Positions 38,938-51,600 of a DNA stretch of 64,000 nt are shown here, one piece after another; within the stretch, counting starts at the first letter, position 1, and each line of letters starts with the position of its first letter. The stretch comes from Felis catus (Eukaryota): positions 145,516,001-145,580,000 of the forward strand of contig NC_058368.1 in assembly GCF_018350175.1 (NCBI RefSeq), in the 5' to 3' direction. The notes beneath the pieces are model-generated. The model was not told the origin of the DNA. It made no database searches and saw only the letters and a program-made list of their open reading frames with translations. A program made the position numbers and the translations under genes.

Positions 38938-41900
38938 TCAGGCGCCAGTGTCCCTTTTGAGGGTTAGTTTAAGCGGGTTGACTGGATCTGGATCACTTTG
39001 CCAGGTTGCGGGTTCTTCTGAGTTGGTCTTCTTAACTCTGGAGTGATGGACCCATGGGGTGATACCTGAAACTTTAAGGGTTGTAGGAGTTTTTAGAATA
39101 ACAGTATGAGGCCCAGTCCACCATGGTCTAAGAGATTCCCTCTTCTAGTCTTTGACCCACACAGAGTCTCCTGGCTGAAAGGGGTGAATGGGGGTCCCTA
39201 AGGAAATTGGAGCCCTCTCTCTGGTGTATCCCTGTAATTTGTTTAGGACTGCCCCCAAGGTCTGGAGCTGTTCTCTTATTCCCTTGTCTCCAATCTGGTG
39301 TAGGTCTCTTGGGAGTTTTCCTAAACATGGGGGGTGGGGAGGGGGAGGGTCTCCCATATAATACCTCAAAAGGGGAGAATCCTAGTGCCCCAGGCATGCA
39401 TCGGGCATGCAAGAGGGCCAGTGGTAGTAAATCTGGCCATGGGAGATTAGTCTCTTGGTGAAACTGAGCCAGGGTTTCCTTGAGGGTACGATTCATCTGC
39501 TCTACTTTCCCTGAGCTCTGGGGTCAATAAGCAGTGTGGAGTTTCCAGGTAATGTTGAGGGACTTTGTTAGGGTTTATATAATGTCTGCCACAAATGCAG
39601 GTCCATTGTCACTATGTATGGTTAAGGGTTGACCAAACTGAGGCACAATTTCCTGTAGAAGAGCTTTGGCCACCTCGCGACTTCGTTCCGTTCTGGTCAG
39701 GAATGCTTCGACCCATCCTGAATATGTGCAGATAATTACAAGAAGGTACCTGAATCCTTTATTTGGTTGTGTGTCAGTAAAGTCCACCTCTGTCTTCAAA
39801 AGGGGTGGCCCCCATCCTTTGTGTGCCGGGCGGGGGCCACAGGGCAGACCAAGCATTGTTTTTGGCACAAATTACACATTGTTCACTGACAGCTCAGTGT
39901 AATGCCAGCATCTGGCTGATATAGTAGTTCTTTTTGAGGAGGGCCTCTAGTGCAGTTTTCCCTAGGTGTGTGAGTTGGTGAGTGATATTCCTTCACTGGG
40001 TGCTTTCCCATAGACGATGGGACAAAGATGTGCCCATTTGGCATGACCCACCATCCCTCTTTGCTTAGTGTGCCTCCTTCTGTTGAGGCCCAGCTTCTTC
40101 CCTTGTTTGTGTATAGGGGTGGGGAGGGTTCCCTCTGGGGCACAAGAGTCATAGTGTAGGTAGGAGCTTCACCTGGGTCACCATAGGTGGCCACTCTGGC
40201 AGTTTTGTTGGCTAGGCGATTTCCTTGAGTTATGGGGTTGTGTCCTTTCTGATGTCCCTTACAGTGTAGGATAGCTATCTTGTCTGGCAGCCATACGGCC
40301 TCAAGAAGCTTTAGTATTTCTTCCTTGTTTTTGGTAGTTTTCCCTGCAGCAGCACGGAGGCCTCTTTCTTTATAGATGGCCCCATGTATATGCACAGTAG
40401 CGAAGGCATACCAAGATTCAGTAGAGATGTTAACTTGTTTACCTTTGCTAAAGATGAGGGCTCGGGTTAAGGCGTACAGTTCAGCTCGTTGTGCCGAGCT
40501 GGCAATGCCTTGGCTTCCAGAACTTTGGTGGTTGTGGTTACCGCATATCCTGCTCTTCAGCTGCCCTCTTGTAAATACCTGCTCCCATTGCTGCACAGGG
40601 TGATCTCTGGGCTTGTTATAGCCTGATCTTGGATGTCCGGACAGCTGGCATAGATTTCATCCACCACTTCGGAACAGTCATGGTCGGGTTCTCCCTCCTC
40701 CATGGGAAGGAAGGTGGCCAGGTTTAGCGTCCTTACTATTTCAAGAGTGACCCTTGGGTTTTTGTAGAGAAGGCGTTGGTATTGTGTCAACCAAGAAATG
40801 GAGAGAAAACGATATCTTTGGGTGCTCATGAAGGACATGACCACGTGTGGGACCTTAACATTAAGTGTTAGTCCCAGTGTGAGTTTGTCTGCCTCCTTGA
40901 TGAGCTGCACTGTGGCTGCCAGTGCTCTGAGGCAAGGTGGTCATCCTGCAGCCACAGGATCAAGTTTTTTTGACAGGTAGGCTACTGGCTGTTGCCAAGG
41001 CTCCATGCTCTGAGTGAGCACTCCAAGGGCTATTTTGTCCTTTTCATGTACAAAGAGGCTAAAGGGTCTATCTATGTTAGGCAAACCCAGGGATGGGGCT
41101 TGTCCCAGAGCCAACTTTATTTCTGTGAAAGCAGCCCTTGCCTCCTTAGTCCATGTGAGGGGCTCCCGGTCTGGCCCTCCCAACAGGTCATAGAGCATCC
41201 TCTCTATGGCTGAGAATCCGAGAATCCAAATACAACAGAACCCTATGGCCCCTAAAAATTCACGCAAGCCTCGTTTTGTGTGGGGCTGTGGCAGTGCAGT
41301 GATAACCTTCTTCCTTTCCGGTCCTAGTTCTCTTTTTCCTTTTGTGAGGAAAACCTAAGTATTGGACCTGCTGCTGACAAATCTGTGCCTTTTTCCAAGA
41401 GGCCTGGTACCCTAAGTAGGACAGGAGCTGCAGGAGGGCCTTGGTACCTTTCATACAGTCTTCTTGGGTGTCGCTGGCAAGGAGGAAGTCGTCTATGTAT
41501 TGGAGGAGGACACACTCTGTGGTTTCCCTCGGAAAGTTGGCGAGGTCTGCAACTAGTGCTTCCCCAAAAAGAGTGGGCAAGTTCTTGAAGACTTGGGGAA
41601 GTCGTGTCCAGGTCAGGTGCATCTGGTGCCCTGTAATGGGCTCAGTCCATTCAAAGGCAAACAATGGTTGACTTTGAGGAAACAGGCGAAGGCAGAAGAA
41701 AGCATCCTTTAGGTCAAGGCATGTGAACCATCTGGCCAACCCTAGAATTTGGCTGAGGAGGGTATACGGGTTCAGAATCACTGGGTGTAAAGAAACAGTC
41801 ACTTTGTTAATGCCCTTCAAATCCTGTGTGGTTGGTATCCTCCTCCTGGCTTCTTGATTGGCAAGACCGGGGTATTCCAAGCCGATTGGCACTCAATTAG

Positions 41901-42537
41901 AATACCTGCTTCTCTGAGCTTGGTCAGGTGCTCTTGTATACCCATTCTAGCCTCGAGTGGAAGGGGGAGTACCCCTTTGTCTCTGAGGCTGGGCTGCAGG
42001 GACCAGGTCAACAATGATGGGGGCCTGACTCCAAGATAGTCCAGGTGGGTTATCTTCAGCCTAAAAGGAGGGGAATGTAAGCCTGAATTCTGAGGGGCTA
42101 CAGGGTAAGGCCTGGGTGCAGAATAGTTTCCATTCTTCTTCCCTTGGCAGGGTAGTCACCAAGACCAGGGTTTCCTTCTGCCTTGGGTTTAATTGGAGGC
42201 TAGTGTGTCCAGTGGGTTCAAAAGTTATCTGGGCCCCAAGTTTGGAGAGCAGATCTTGTCCCAGGAGAGGAATTGGGCAGTCAGGTAAGTAGAGGAACTC
42301 ATGCCGGACCTTGTGACCCCCAAGTTCACATTGTCAAGCTTGACAGAAGGGCTGTTGCATCACCTGTGTCCCAATAGCCCCAAGTAGGGTTGCCGTCCTT
42401 TGGCTGAAAGGGGCCACTGGAGCAGTAACAACCGAGTGTTCAGCCCCAGTGTCAACCATGAAAGCTATTGTTTGGCCCCCTACTTTCATTGCAACCATGG
42501 GCTCATGGGGGCCAAGAGAGAAAGAGCCTGGTCCCCC
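38938..42537 (-). pseudogene. pol: pro-pol pseudogene (protease, RT, RNase H, integrase)
   Basis: Protease VDTGA (42445-42453); [22 protein letters not shown]; RNaseH SAQRAELYAL and HCKGHQKG; IN VDFT/SDNGPAF/EQMNRTLKE and WTGPHTV; ends PLKLTLKRDTGA*. Many stops and frameshifts. Confidence 0.96.
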
Positions 42538-42540
42538 TCA
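42472..42540 (-). promoter_or_regulatory. gag UGA read-through signal with H-type pseudoknot
   Basis: TGA GGGGGACC AGGCTC TTTCTCTC TTGGCCCCC AT GAGCCC [18 nt] GGGGGCCAA; gag and pro are in the same frame. Confidence 0.7.
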
Positions 42541-44120
42541 GTCCAATTCTATCCCGGCTAGACCAACAAGTTTCTTGCCTGGAGGTTCCTCCCAATATTG
42601 GCTGGGTTTTGAGGGCTCCTTCCGATTGGGACATTCATTCTTCCAGTGTCCCTTCTCTTTGCAGTATGCACATTGGTCCTTTGCTAAGGGAGCTCTGGGC
42701 TTCTCCCCTTTTGGTAGTTGGGGTCCTCCCATCTTTGCAGTGTCTGTTTCTTTTAGTGCTGCTGCGAGAAGGGTGGCTTTCTTTTTTAGTTTTCTCTCCA
42801 CTTCTCTTTTGGCTGCAACTTCTCTGTTCATGAAAACTTTATTGACGACCTCTATCAGCTGAGTGCTATTCATCCTGGCAAAGCCCTCCAGTTTCTGGAG
42901 TTTTCCTCTGATACCTGGGGCAGCCTGTGCCACAAAGGAGGTATTTACCATTTGTTGACTTTCTGGTGCCTCGGGGTCAAACGGGGTGTATGCACGGTAT
43001 TCTTCACATAGTCTTTCATAGTCTCCTGGAGACTCCCCAGGCTGCTGTGTGACTGACGATAGTTTAGTCATGTTCATGGGCCTTTTGGCCCCAGCTCGGA
43101 TTCCCTGAGAGAGGGCTTCCTGGTATCGTCGGATGTGGGCTTGTCCTTCTTCTGTGGTGAAATCCTATGTTGGGCGTTCTTCAGGCATGGCAACTTGAGC
43201 CCAGACAGCAGGGTCATTGATCCCTGGAGGTGCGTGATCTTCTAGATACTGTCGTGTTTCTCTCATTCTTCTTCTTCTTCTGTATTAAACAGAGTACGGA
43301 GTAACTGTTGACAATCTTCCCAAGTCGGTTGGTGGGTCTGGAAGAGGGACTCCATCAAGTCGACCATTGCTTTTGGCTTTTCAGAGTATGATGGAATGTT
43401 GTGTGTCCAATTGAGGAGGTTGCTTGTAGAGAAAGGTTGATAATACATCATGGAACGTCTGGGCTGGACTGTTCCATACTCATTCTGTCTTTCAGGTTCT
43501 CTCGTCTCCCTTACAGGCATTTGGAAAGTGTTAGGTCTGAGTCTGGGGTGCAGTCTGGCTGCTGGCCCTTGTCAGGGAGGGTTCTCCGGGTCCGGGAGGG
43601 GAGGAGAGATGGGCGGCACATCCGGGGCTGGAGGACAGACAGATGGGGAGGAGTTTCAAGCTCAGGGGCAGGGGGTAAGGAGCCTGGTGAGTCATAAGGT
43701 GACGGAAAGATAGGATCTTCCTCCGGGTCTCCTGTAAACACTAGGGGAGCAGTGGTTGATTCTTTGGTTCCCTGTGTGAGGCTCTGAATAAGGCGGCTAA
43801 AACCTTTGCCTGACTCTGCTTGCTATGGATGAATCGCACCCAAGGTGAAGGATTTTGGGCAATTTCAAGCCAGGAGTTGATGTATGGAAATTGATCAGGG
43901 TGACCTGGGTTCCCAGTGACTATCAGCCAAACCTGCTGTGCCACTTGAGCATCTAATGTCCCTTCTGGAGGCCATCCTACATTGAATATGGGCCATCTGG
44001 TTCACAAAAGGTCCTTAACTTCCTGGGTATCATTTTCACCCCATAATCACCTGAAAATCCCTTTTTAAAATTTTTGAGCATGACCTCTAAAATCATAGGC
44101 TTACTCTGTTTTGATCCCAT
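42538..44120 (-). pseudogene. gag: gag pseudogene, HERV-E-like
   Basis: MGSKQSKP...MLKNFKKGFSGDYGV, PGHPDQFPYI, PSPY (degenerate PPPY late domain), YQPFSTSNLLNW, PTWEDCQQLL, MHR-region QQPGESP, zinc knuckle CAYCKEKGHWKNEC; stops and frameshifts. Confidence 0.95.
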
Positions 44121-44427
44121 TATTAATTCCTTTCTCATGTTCGGTGTGGTGGAGACAGACAAAGGGAGGGTATACCCTAGGATGAGAGGATCAATCAGAT
44201 ACTCCTCTGGTTGCGTTCCAGAGGGGAACTTTAGGTGAGGTTTGGCAGTAGTGGCCTCAGCTTTGTGACTTGCAATCGGAGTCTAATCTGATGCTGCTCT
44301 GGACCATATGCCTGTCACCATGACACAGGTGAGCCCACTCAGACTCCATAGACTTTTGGGGACCTTAAGGGTGCCTGTCTATAGAGCCACAAACTCAAAC
44401 TCGACTAGCAAGCCTGGCCAAGCTGCA

Positions 44428-44431
<4 letters not shown>

Positions 44432-44480
<49 letters not shown>

Positions 44481-44481
44481 A
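44432..44481. repeat. (CA)n microsatellite in the proviral leader
   Basis: About 20 perfect CA units plus an imperfect extension. Confidence 0.95.
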
Positions 44482-44814
44482 TACCAGAATCTATTACATT
44501 CCCTCCCACAAAATTTTCTACCTGTGAGACCATTAAAGTCTCTGGGGAGTGATCAGGTCCCCCTTCCACCCTTTTGGGTGGGCCTGATAACTTTGGGGCC
44601 CCGGCCTTACCAGTTCCAACATCAGGTCCAGGTCCTCACCTACCAGGTCTCTTGGAGTCCGGCAGGAATGATGGAGCGGGGCTGGCCCGAGGCAACCGAG
44701 CGGGAGACTGCCAAAATTCAGGCAGGGCGTGCCTTCTCCTTTACAATCCCTCGTTCCATCACCGCCTTGCTGTTTTCCCAAACTGGTGGCAACAATGGGC
44801 CAGTGCAGTTGGAT

Positions 44815-44832
44815 TTCCTGGTCAGGGAACCA
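44815..44832 (-). other. Primer binding site, tRNA-Glu
   Basis: TGGTTCCCTGACCAGGAA, 4 nt after the 5' LTR; 17/18 match to the complement of the tRNA-Glu(CTC) 3' end (TGGTTCCCTGACCGGGAA); the mismatch is a CpG-type change. Confidence 0.92.
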
Positions 44833-44836
44833 AATA

Positions 44837-45136
44837 TGTTACGGAACCACGCTGGAACACTGGCAGAAAAACCAAGTGGCACTCGGAGATCTTGGTGGAT
44901 TGGAGATTTATTTAACACCGGCAGGCTCAGAGGAGACTGTTTCTCCAAAGATCTGAGCCCCAAATGCAAGTGGGAAGGGTAATTTATAGTTGTCAGCTTC
45001 CATATCCACGGCGGGTTTTTACGGGAGGCAAACAGGGCAAGAAGAACCCAGAAGAGAGGTCTCTAAGCCAGAGACCAGAGCTTGTTTTAGTCCCGTTGGC
45101 CATCTTTGGCGCAGTACTTTATTCATTTCTCCAACA
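44837..45136 (-). repeat. 5' LTR of the provirus
   Basis: 300 bp; TATAAA at 44983-44988 and AATAAA at 44907-44912 (minus strand); followed by the PBS. Confidence 0.97.
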
Positions 45137-46414
45137 GTTAGAATAGTCACTTAGTCATCTGCCCTTCTAAAATGTAGAGTTTGTGATAGCAGAGTCCAGA
45201 TCTTTTGTGCTCCCCATTAGGGCTAGTGCCTAGCTCATGGGTTAATCCTCCCAGAATTTTCTGTCCTGGACAGTACTATATGAACACGGCCAAAGTCTGC
45301 TTTCTGACTCCCCTCTTCTCTGATCTCTGCTAATTCTCTCTTTTATGTTGACATGTTCTTATGAATTATTCGCACTGGAGTGCGTTCTCTCCACTTTGGG
45401 CCTTAGATATTGTCTTTTAAGGTAACTTTTGAAAACGTTTGATCCCAAACCTTTGGGGCTGATTTCACAGTTTGATTATGAGGCTCTGCCTCACTGTCAC
45501 TTCCACGTACTTCCTAACCTACTCATTGTCCTAATTATATTTCTCAAAGCTAGAAGAGTAAGATGTCTGCTCATACCTATGGACTTCTACATGGTAATCT
45601 TTGAACACTACTTCATAATCCACACATACTTAAATATGAATGACTTCAGATGTTTCTAAAAATGTAATTGATCTTCAGGAATACAGATTTACCACCAAAA
45701 AACTGTGCCACAAAATCTGAAAGCAATGTGAATATAGTTGGCTTTTTTGATAGGTAAAACTAGAACAACAACAAAAAAATAGACATGACAATGAGCTAAG
45801 TGTATGAAATTCCATAAGCCTGATAGGAATAATTTAGTAGAAGCAGATGAAGACTATTCATTTACAAAAGATTTGAAGTCGCATTGTTGTTGCAACAATT
45901 ATAATTGGGTTCTCTTTATAATTACTATTATGATTAGACTAATGGGTTAAGTTTTTGTTTGTTTGTTTGTTTGTTTTAGTGTGAGAAAAATTTATTCAAG
46001 GCTTGTTCTTACCTTTCAAGTGTAAAAGAATCTGAGTAAGAAAGTGTCACTACGTGCCTATTAAGGGCTCTTGTTGTACCTGAGAAGAGGACTGCCAGCC
46101 CCTCGGTGCAGGGGGTGGTTGTTCAGACCAGGCAGCCTTTTGAGGGAGAGTGCACCTCTGAGGCAGGGGACCTCTCTCATCACAGGCGGTGAACACTCAT
46201 CAGAGTACCTATGGAGAGCCAAATGCAAACTGACAGTCAGGGAAAGGCTAACGGGGCAGTCTTCTCCCAGGCACAGAGGACAAGGACCACATGTATTTCA
46301 TTCTCCACAGCATTCCTAGAACCTAGCCAAGTGCCTGGCACATGAGGGGCTCTTATAAATGTATAAGTATAAATGTATAAATAGTATGAGTGATGTCATT
46401 ATGCATTTTAGAGA

Positions 46415-46934
46415 TTTTATTTGTTGTTCATTGCTGTATACCAAATTACCCCCAAAATTAGTGTCTTAAAATATTTATTACTTCCATTTTCTGTGGGTAA
46501 GGAAAACAGGCATGGCTTAGCTGGGTCCTCTAGCCCTGGGTCTCTCACTGCGCCGCAGTCATGTCAAGGCTTAACTGGGAAGGATCCACTTTCTGGCTCA
46601 CTCACGTGGTTGTTGGCTATTAGACTGAGGCCTCCCTTGGTTCCTTGCCACATGAGTCTCCACAGAGCACCTCACAACATGGCAGCTTGCTCCATCAGAG
46701 TAAGGAAGTGAGAGGACAAGAGTTAGTGTTATCAAGAGAGAGAGTGCTAGTGCTGCAGAAGCCACAGCCTTTTGCAGCCTAATCGTGGAAGTGACATCCC
46801 ATCACTTTGGCCATATTCTGCTCATTAGAAGCAAGTAATAGGGTCCAGCCCACATGTGGGGAGAGGGGATTGCACAAGAGAATGAATACCAGGAGATAAG
46901 GATTATTGAGCCATTTTAGAAAGCTGCCTACCAG
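46415..46934 (-). mobile_element. MLT1 (MaLR) solo LTR, MLT1F/G-like
   Basis: attgctgtataccaaattaccccc...catggcttagctgggtcctct...cacaacatggcagcttgc...ggaagtgacatcccatcactt...gctgcctacca. Confidence 0.75.
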
Positions 46935-48636
46935 ACCTTGAGATTTTTTTTAAATGATATTCCCAGTAAAAGAATTTTAATTTTTATATATCCTTTTTTA
47001 AAAACATTTGAGTTAAATGTGTCGTACTTGTTAAGAAACAGCAGTTCATTTTTTCCTAAAACAACAACAAAAAAAACAAAGGTTATCACTGATAAATACA
47101 GCACCTGCAGTAAGCATACTTTAAAAATAATTCCAGATTGTTACATTGTAATAAATAATGACTTTCAGAGTATTTGAAGACCCAAATACAAGGGAGTGTA
47201 TTGCAGCAAGCTTAATCAATGTTTAGTGATGATGGAATGTAAAATCGAAAAGCCAAGGATAGAAATCAAATTGCCTTTCTGCAGAAAGATCCTCAACAAT
47301 TGAAAAACTGCTCCATAAAACTAAAGAACAGCTTGATGATTTAGAAAATAGAAACTACAGAAATATTCTGTAGTTCCTAGATATGTCCTCAATGCTTATT
47401 AGCTTGTCTGTTTGAGAGCAGAGAGGAAGGGCAACAAAAAGAGATTCAAATTAGTGAATTTTGCTCTGGCCCTGAGCCACACTGGTTTAGGACTATTAAC
47501 TCTTCAGTATATCCTGGGCTAAAAATAAACCTTCTGCCCTTTTATTTTCAAATACTTTTCACTCTCTATATTCAAACTAGAACATAGACAGATATTATTA
47601 ACTTATATCCAGACTTATTTGATGGACTCCTGAGTGAATGGATTTTGATAAAATTATTCGTTATATCCACAGTACTATTATTGTTTTGAAATAACGCAAT
47701 CAAATTAGTCACCTCAGCAGCTCGTATGACTTCAAGAATGCTAATTGGATATGTATAGAATGGGGGGATCAATGACAGCCTGGCAATACTTCAGCCCAAG
47801 CCACTTCTAGATACTTAACCTATGACCAGGAAATGTCTTAGCCTAGCAATAGATTATTCTAATATGCCTAGCCAATAAAACTCATGCTTTTAAGAGTTTT
47901 TACTAGATTTATTTGAGTTTACAACTATAAGAATAAAGATCATAGCAGCAACTTATGGTCTGTTTTTATTTGCAACCCATTTCATAGAAGCAAAATATTT
48001 AGACCTGTGGTGAAGGTGGAAAGATCACGGGCTTTGCAATTAGGCAGACATCAGTCTCTTCCTAGTTCCTTGATAATTGTGTGACCTTGAGTAAGTTACT
48101 TAACTTCCTTGGAAACTCAGTGTCCTCCTATATAAAATGGGACAAATGATGGTGTTGGTGGTGGTAATGATGATGATGATGATGATCACAGCTAACATTT
48201 GTTAAACACTTGTTATATACTGCACTATGTTATTTTTCTGTGCATTACTTTGTTTACTCCACATAATAATCCCAGGAGGTGTAAATGCAATTCATATCCT
48301 ATATATGTCATATCATACACACTCACATACACATACTCACAGTGAAATTCTTTCAATATGCCCATTACATGGTGATTTTGCCATTTTCAACTTTACCTAC
48401 CTCTACCTCAGAACCATAATCACAGAATTTGGTTAGACTCTTTCTTCTAGTGAAAGACACAAATTCCTTGTGAAAGCTTGTAGTCTCACAGATTATTAGG
48501 GGACATTTTTGTTTTCTGTACCATGTGGTTCTTTTCTGCTACTGGTTCTAAATGCTTTTTTTTTTCCCATTCCTAATACTTTTCATTATAGTGACTTCTT
48601 TGGGGTGAATAACCTTGAATTTATGTGTCTTATTTT

Positions 48637-48669
<33 letters not shown>

Positions 48670-51600
48670 AATGATCATTGCTATTATAGCTTGCTTTTAT
48701 TAAACAAATTCAGTTGTTTTTGGTACAACAGCCAGGAGGGAATGGTGAAGATAGACCCATCAGTCATTGGAATGTGTCAGTTTCCTTCATCTCCTATTTA
48801 CTACCCAGATCTGGGGCTATTTTTACATGAATCTAGACTGTGTGCTTTTTCTAATATGTAGTTAACAATCTGAATGACACATTCTTTATAGTACCACAAT
48901 AATTCCGTCCATTACATCACTTAATTTATGGGAGTGCTAACACCAAAATCGATAAACATTATTTCTGAAATGTCAAGGGTGTTAATGGTGTGATTAAAAA
49001 AGAAAAAGATTCTAAAATCTCTCTGCTCAGAACCCTTTGATATACTGTTGTTGAGGCACACCTATCCAAAGCTGTGATATGGAAGACTTAAATCATTAAA
49101 ACTCCGTCAACTTTAAAAATGTGTGTCGGCAGTTATTTTTAGCCACACGAATCTTTTGTGCCATATTGTGGAATTCTGTTAGCAGAGAGAGGGAGAGACT
49201 ATATGTCTCAGAGAAGATTGTCTCAGGTTGTTTTGAGACATATCAACAGTTGCTAAGAAACCGTCGCTAATGCTTCTGGGAAATCCTGTAATATTTCACT
49301 TAGAAATTGGGAGAAATTTTTATAGAGCAAAGCTTCTTAGACAAGGAAAGCATATAAAGGGTGATATTAGAGAACAGTTTCAAACTGGAAAAAGTATTTT
49401 AAAGTTTCCTAGAAGATTGAGTTTAAATGGAGTTTCTTAGCACCATATAATCGCCTCTTACAGAATCCTGGAAGCTTTAATTTACATCTGATTTTAGAAC
49501 AAGTAGCATTTTAAAATCTGGTCACATTTCAGTTTATTTTCCATGATTGATGTTTTAAAATGGAGATTAGCATTTCTTTTCACACAGAGAATTAATTAGC
49601 ATGGTAGAACCGTGGTTCCACTGATTCTCTTACTTTTTAGTGAAAGGACTGTACTAGTAGTCAACATTTAATAGGCACTGACTGTTTACTAGATTCTACA
49701 GTTGTTGATGTGTAATGGTTTTATAATCCAAATAGTTTTCTCCGATCAACTGTGTCATTGTAGATAGTGAAGAGATTTTCACCAGTCACCTTCACTGAGC
49801 CTTATGTTCCTGGGGGGTCAGGCTACCAGCCTAATATCAAGTCAGTGCACTATCCCATGTGGACTGTTGAGCTAATCACTTAAAACAGTCCAACATGCTA
49901 TTAGCTGGAGTCTACCTGGCCACAGAGAGAAGGCTTAATTCACATGGGAACATTACTTCTAGACAGCTGATTTAAATTATATGATTTGATCTACATGTTT
50001 TATTACTTCTGGGCTTAATATTAGAATCTGAGGAGAGAGTAGCAGTAATTCATTTTTTCTCTTTCTTTCATTCACAGATACTAAATGAGCACCTATTATG
50101 AGCAAGGAGCTATGGTTAGTGCTGAGGTTAGGACACAGTTAACACATAGTCTTTGCCCTCGAAGAACTTATATTCTGGTGAAGAGATGACTCTGCAAACA
50201 GCAGTTGCAAAACAGTAGGTTAAGAGTCGTCATGATAGTGTGTAAAGAGACGGGGAAGGAACAAGTGCAGTTTTCCTGTCTGTGAGGATGAGCGAAGGCC
50301 TCCTAGATGGAGCTGAATAGGAGTTCATTAGTCACACACATGGGGAAGGGGGGCAGGGTAAAAGGAAGTAAGCAGTGTGTGCAGAATCCCAAAGCCATGG
50401 CCAGGAACAGGCTCTAATCATTCCTTAATGTGTGTAGGACAGGGGAGAAAGTCAGAGATGGGGCAGGACAAGTGAACAGACACTCTACCATGGAAGGCTT
50501 GTTCTTTCAACATGTATGCAGTGATTCTCCAGCTTCATTTTGAAATGCTAGCATTCCTGTGTTTTTGATTAGAAGGTTACTCAAGGGGACTAATAATCAT
50601 AGGGATGGAGAAGTAATAATATTAGGAGGGAAATAATGTTAGAGGGAAATATTAGGAGGGAAAGTTTGTAAGAATCGGTGAAGGGGCTGAGGCTGAGAGT
50701 GCTGGTTGAGGAAAGAAGCCAGAGCCAAGGCAACAATGATTGGGCCATTTGACTGGACTGAATCCACATTGTGGAGAAGGTTCATGGACCTGATGCTGAC
50801 AATATAAGGTGCAGGCATGCAAAAATATAGATGCAAGTGAGTAAAATTAATAATAGCAGTAAGTAAATCTAAGTGTCAAATAAATGATTCAGACTAATAT
50901 ATGCTAGAGGAAGATAGAGGCAATACAGAAGGCCAATAGTCCTTGAGTACGTAGTCAGCAAATTCAGCATTATTTCCTATCCTGAAACCCTGATTTTGCA
51001 CTCCAATCAGAATATTCACCAGATAAATGTTTAGCTACTCTTCTAGTAAATGGTGTTAACAAAGAAGCTTGTATCAGAGTTGCATGAAAAGTCATGCTTG
51101 AAGTAGACCAAAATGTGATATTGATTAGTGTATCTCTTCCTGTGCTAGAGAAGCAGAGGCTATCAGGGAAAACATCTGTGATGGTTTGACTAGTACCCTC
51201 TCCCCAGTGTTACAGAAGGAACAGAAACATTCATGGTGATTTTGTGCTTCTTTTAGCTGGAACCATCTAGTCAGACAAAGTATTGGTCATCATAAAGTCA
51301 ATAATAAAAACATTTGCATGGAACATGTTTTGTTGTCAAGGTAAAGGTTTCTTGGAGGAAAAATCAGAATTATTAATACTAGACACCCATCTATAGGCCA
51401 GCCCATTGAACACAATATGTTTGGAATCATGATAAATATCTAACACCATTTTTCCTTTGACATGGCAAAAACAGGTAGAGTTAGTGTTACCTCTGCTTCC
51501 CAATTTGGAACCAATTATGTAACCAAGGAAATGAGAGGCCAGATGTCAAGTGCACTAACATAGTATAACAAACATAGTGGCTAAGAACATTGATTTAGTG

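Larger units (their letters stand above)
36861..45136 (-). mobile_element. Full-length defective class I (gamma-like) endogenous retrovirus, LTR-PBS(Glu)-gag-pro-pol-env-PPT-LTR, 8,276 bp
   Basis: Two 300-bp TG...CA LTRs, 4-bp TSD GTTA (36857-36860 and 45137-45140), PBS, PPT and recognisable gag/pro/RT/RNaseH/IN/env motifs in canonical order. Confidence 0.98.

Noticed and set aside
42449..42862. 137-aa and other + strand ORFs over gag/pol
   Set aside because: Antisense shadows of retroviral coding sequence.
44308..44982. 224-aa + strand ORF antisense to the proviral leader and 5' LTR
   Set aside because: Runs through the (CA)n repeat (HTHT) and GC-rich leader, has no recognisable domain and no evident promoter; best explained as a chance open frame.
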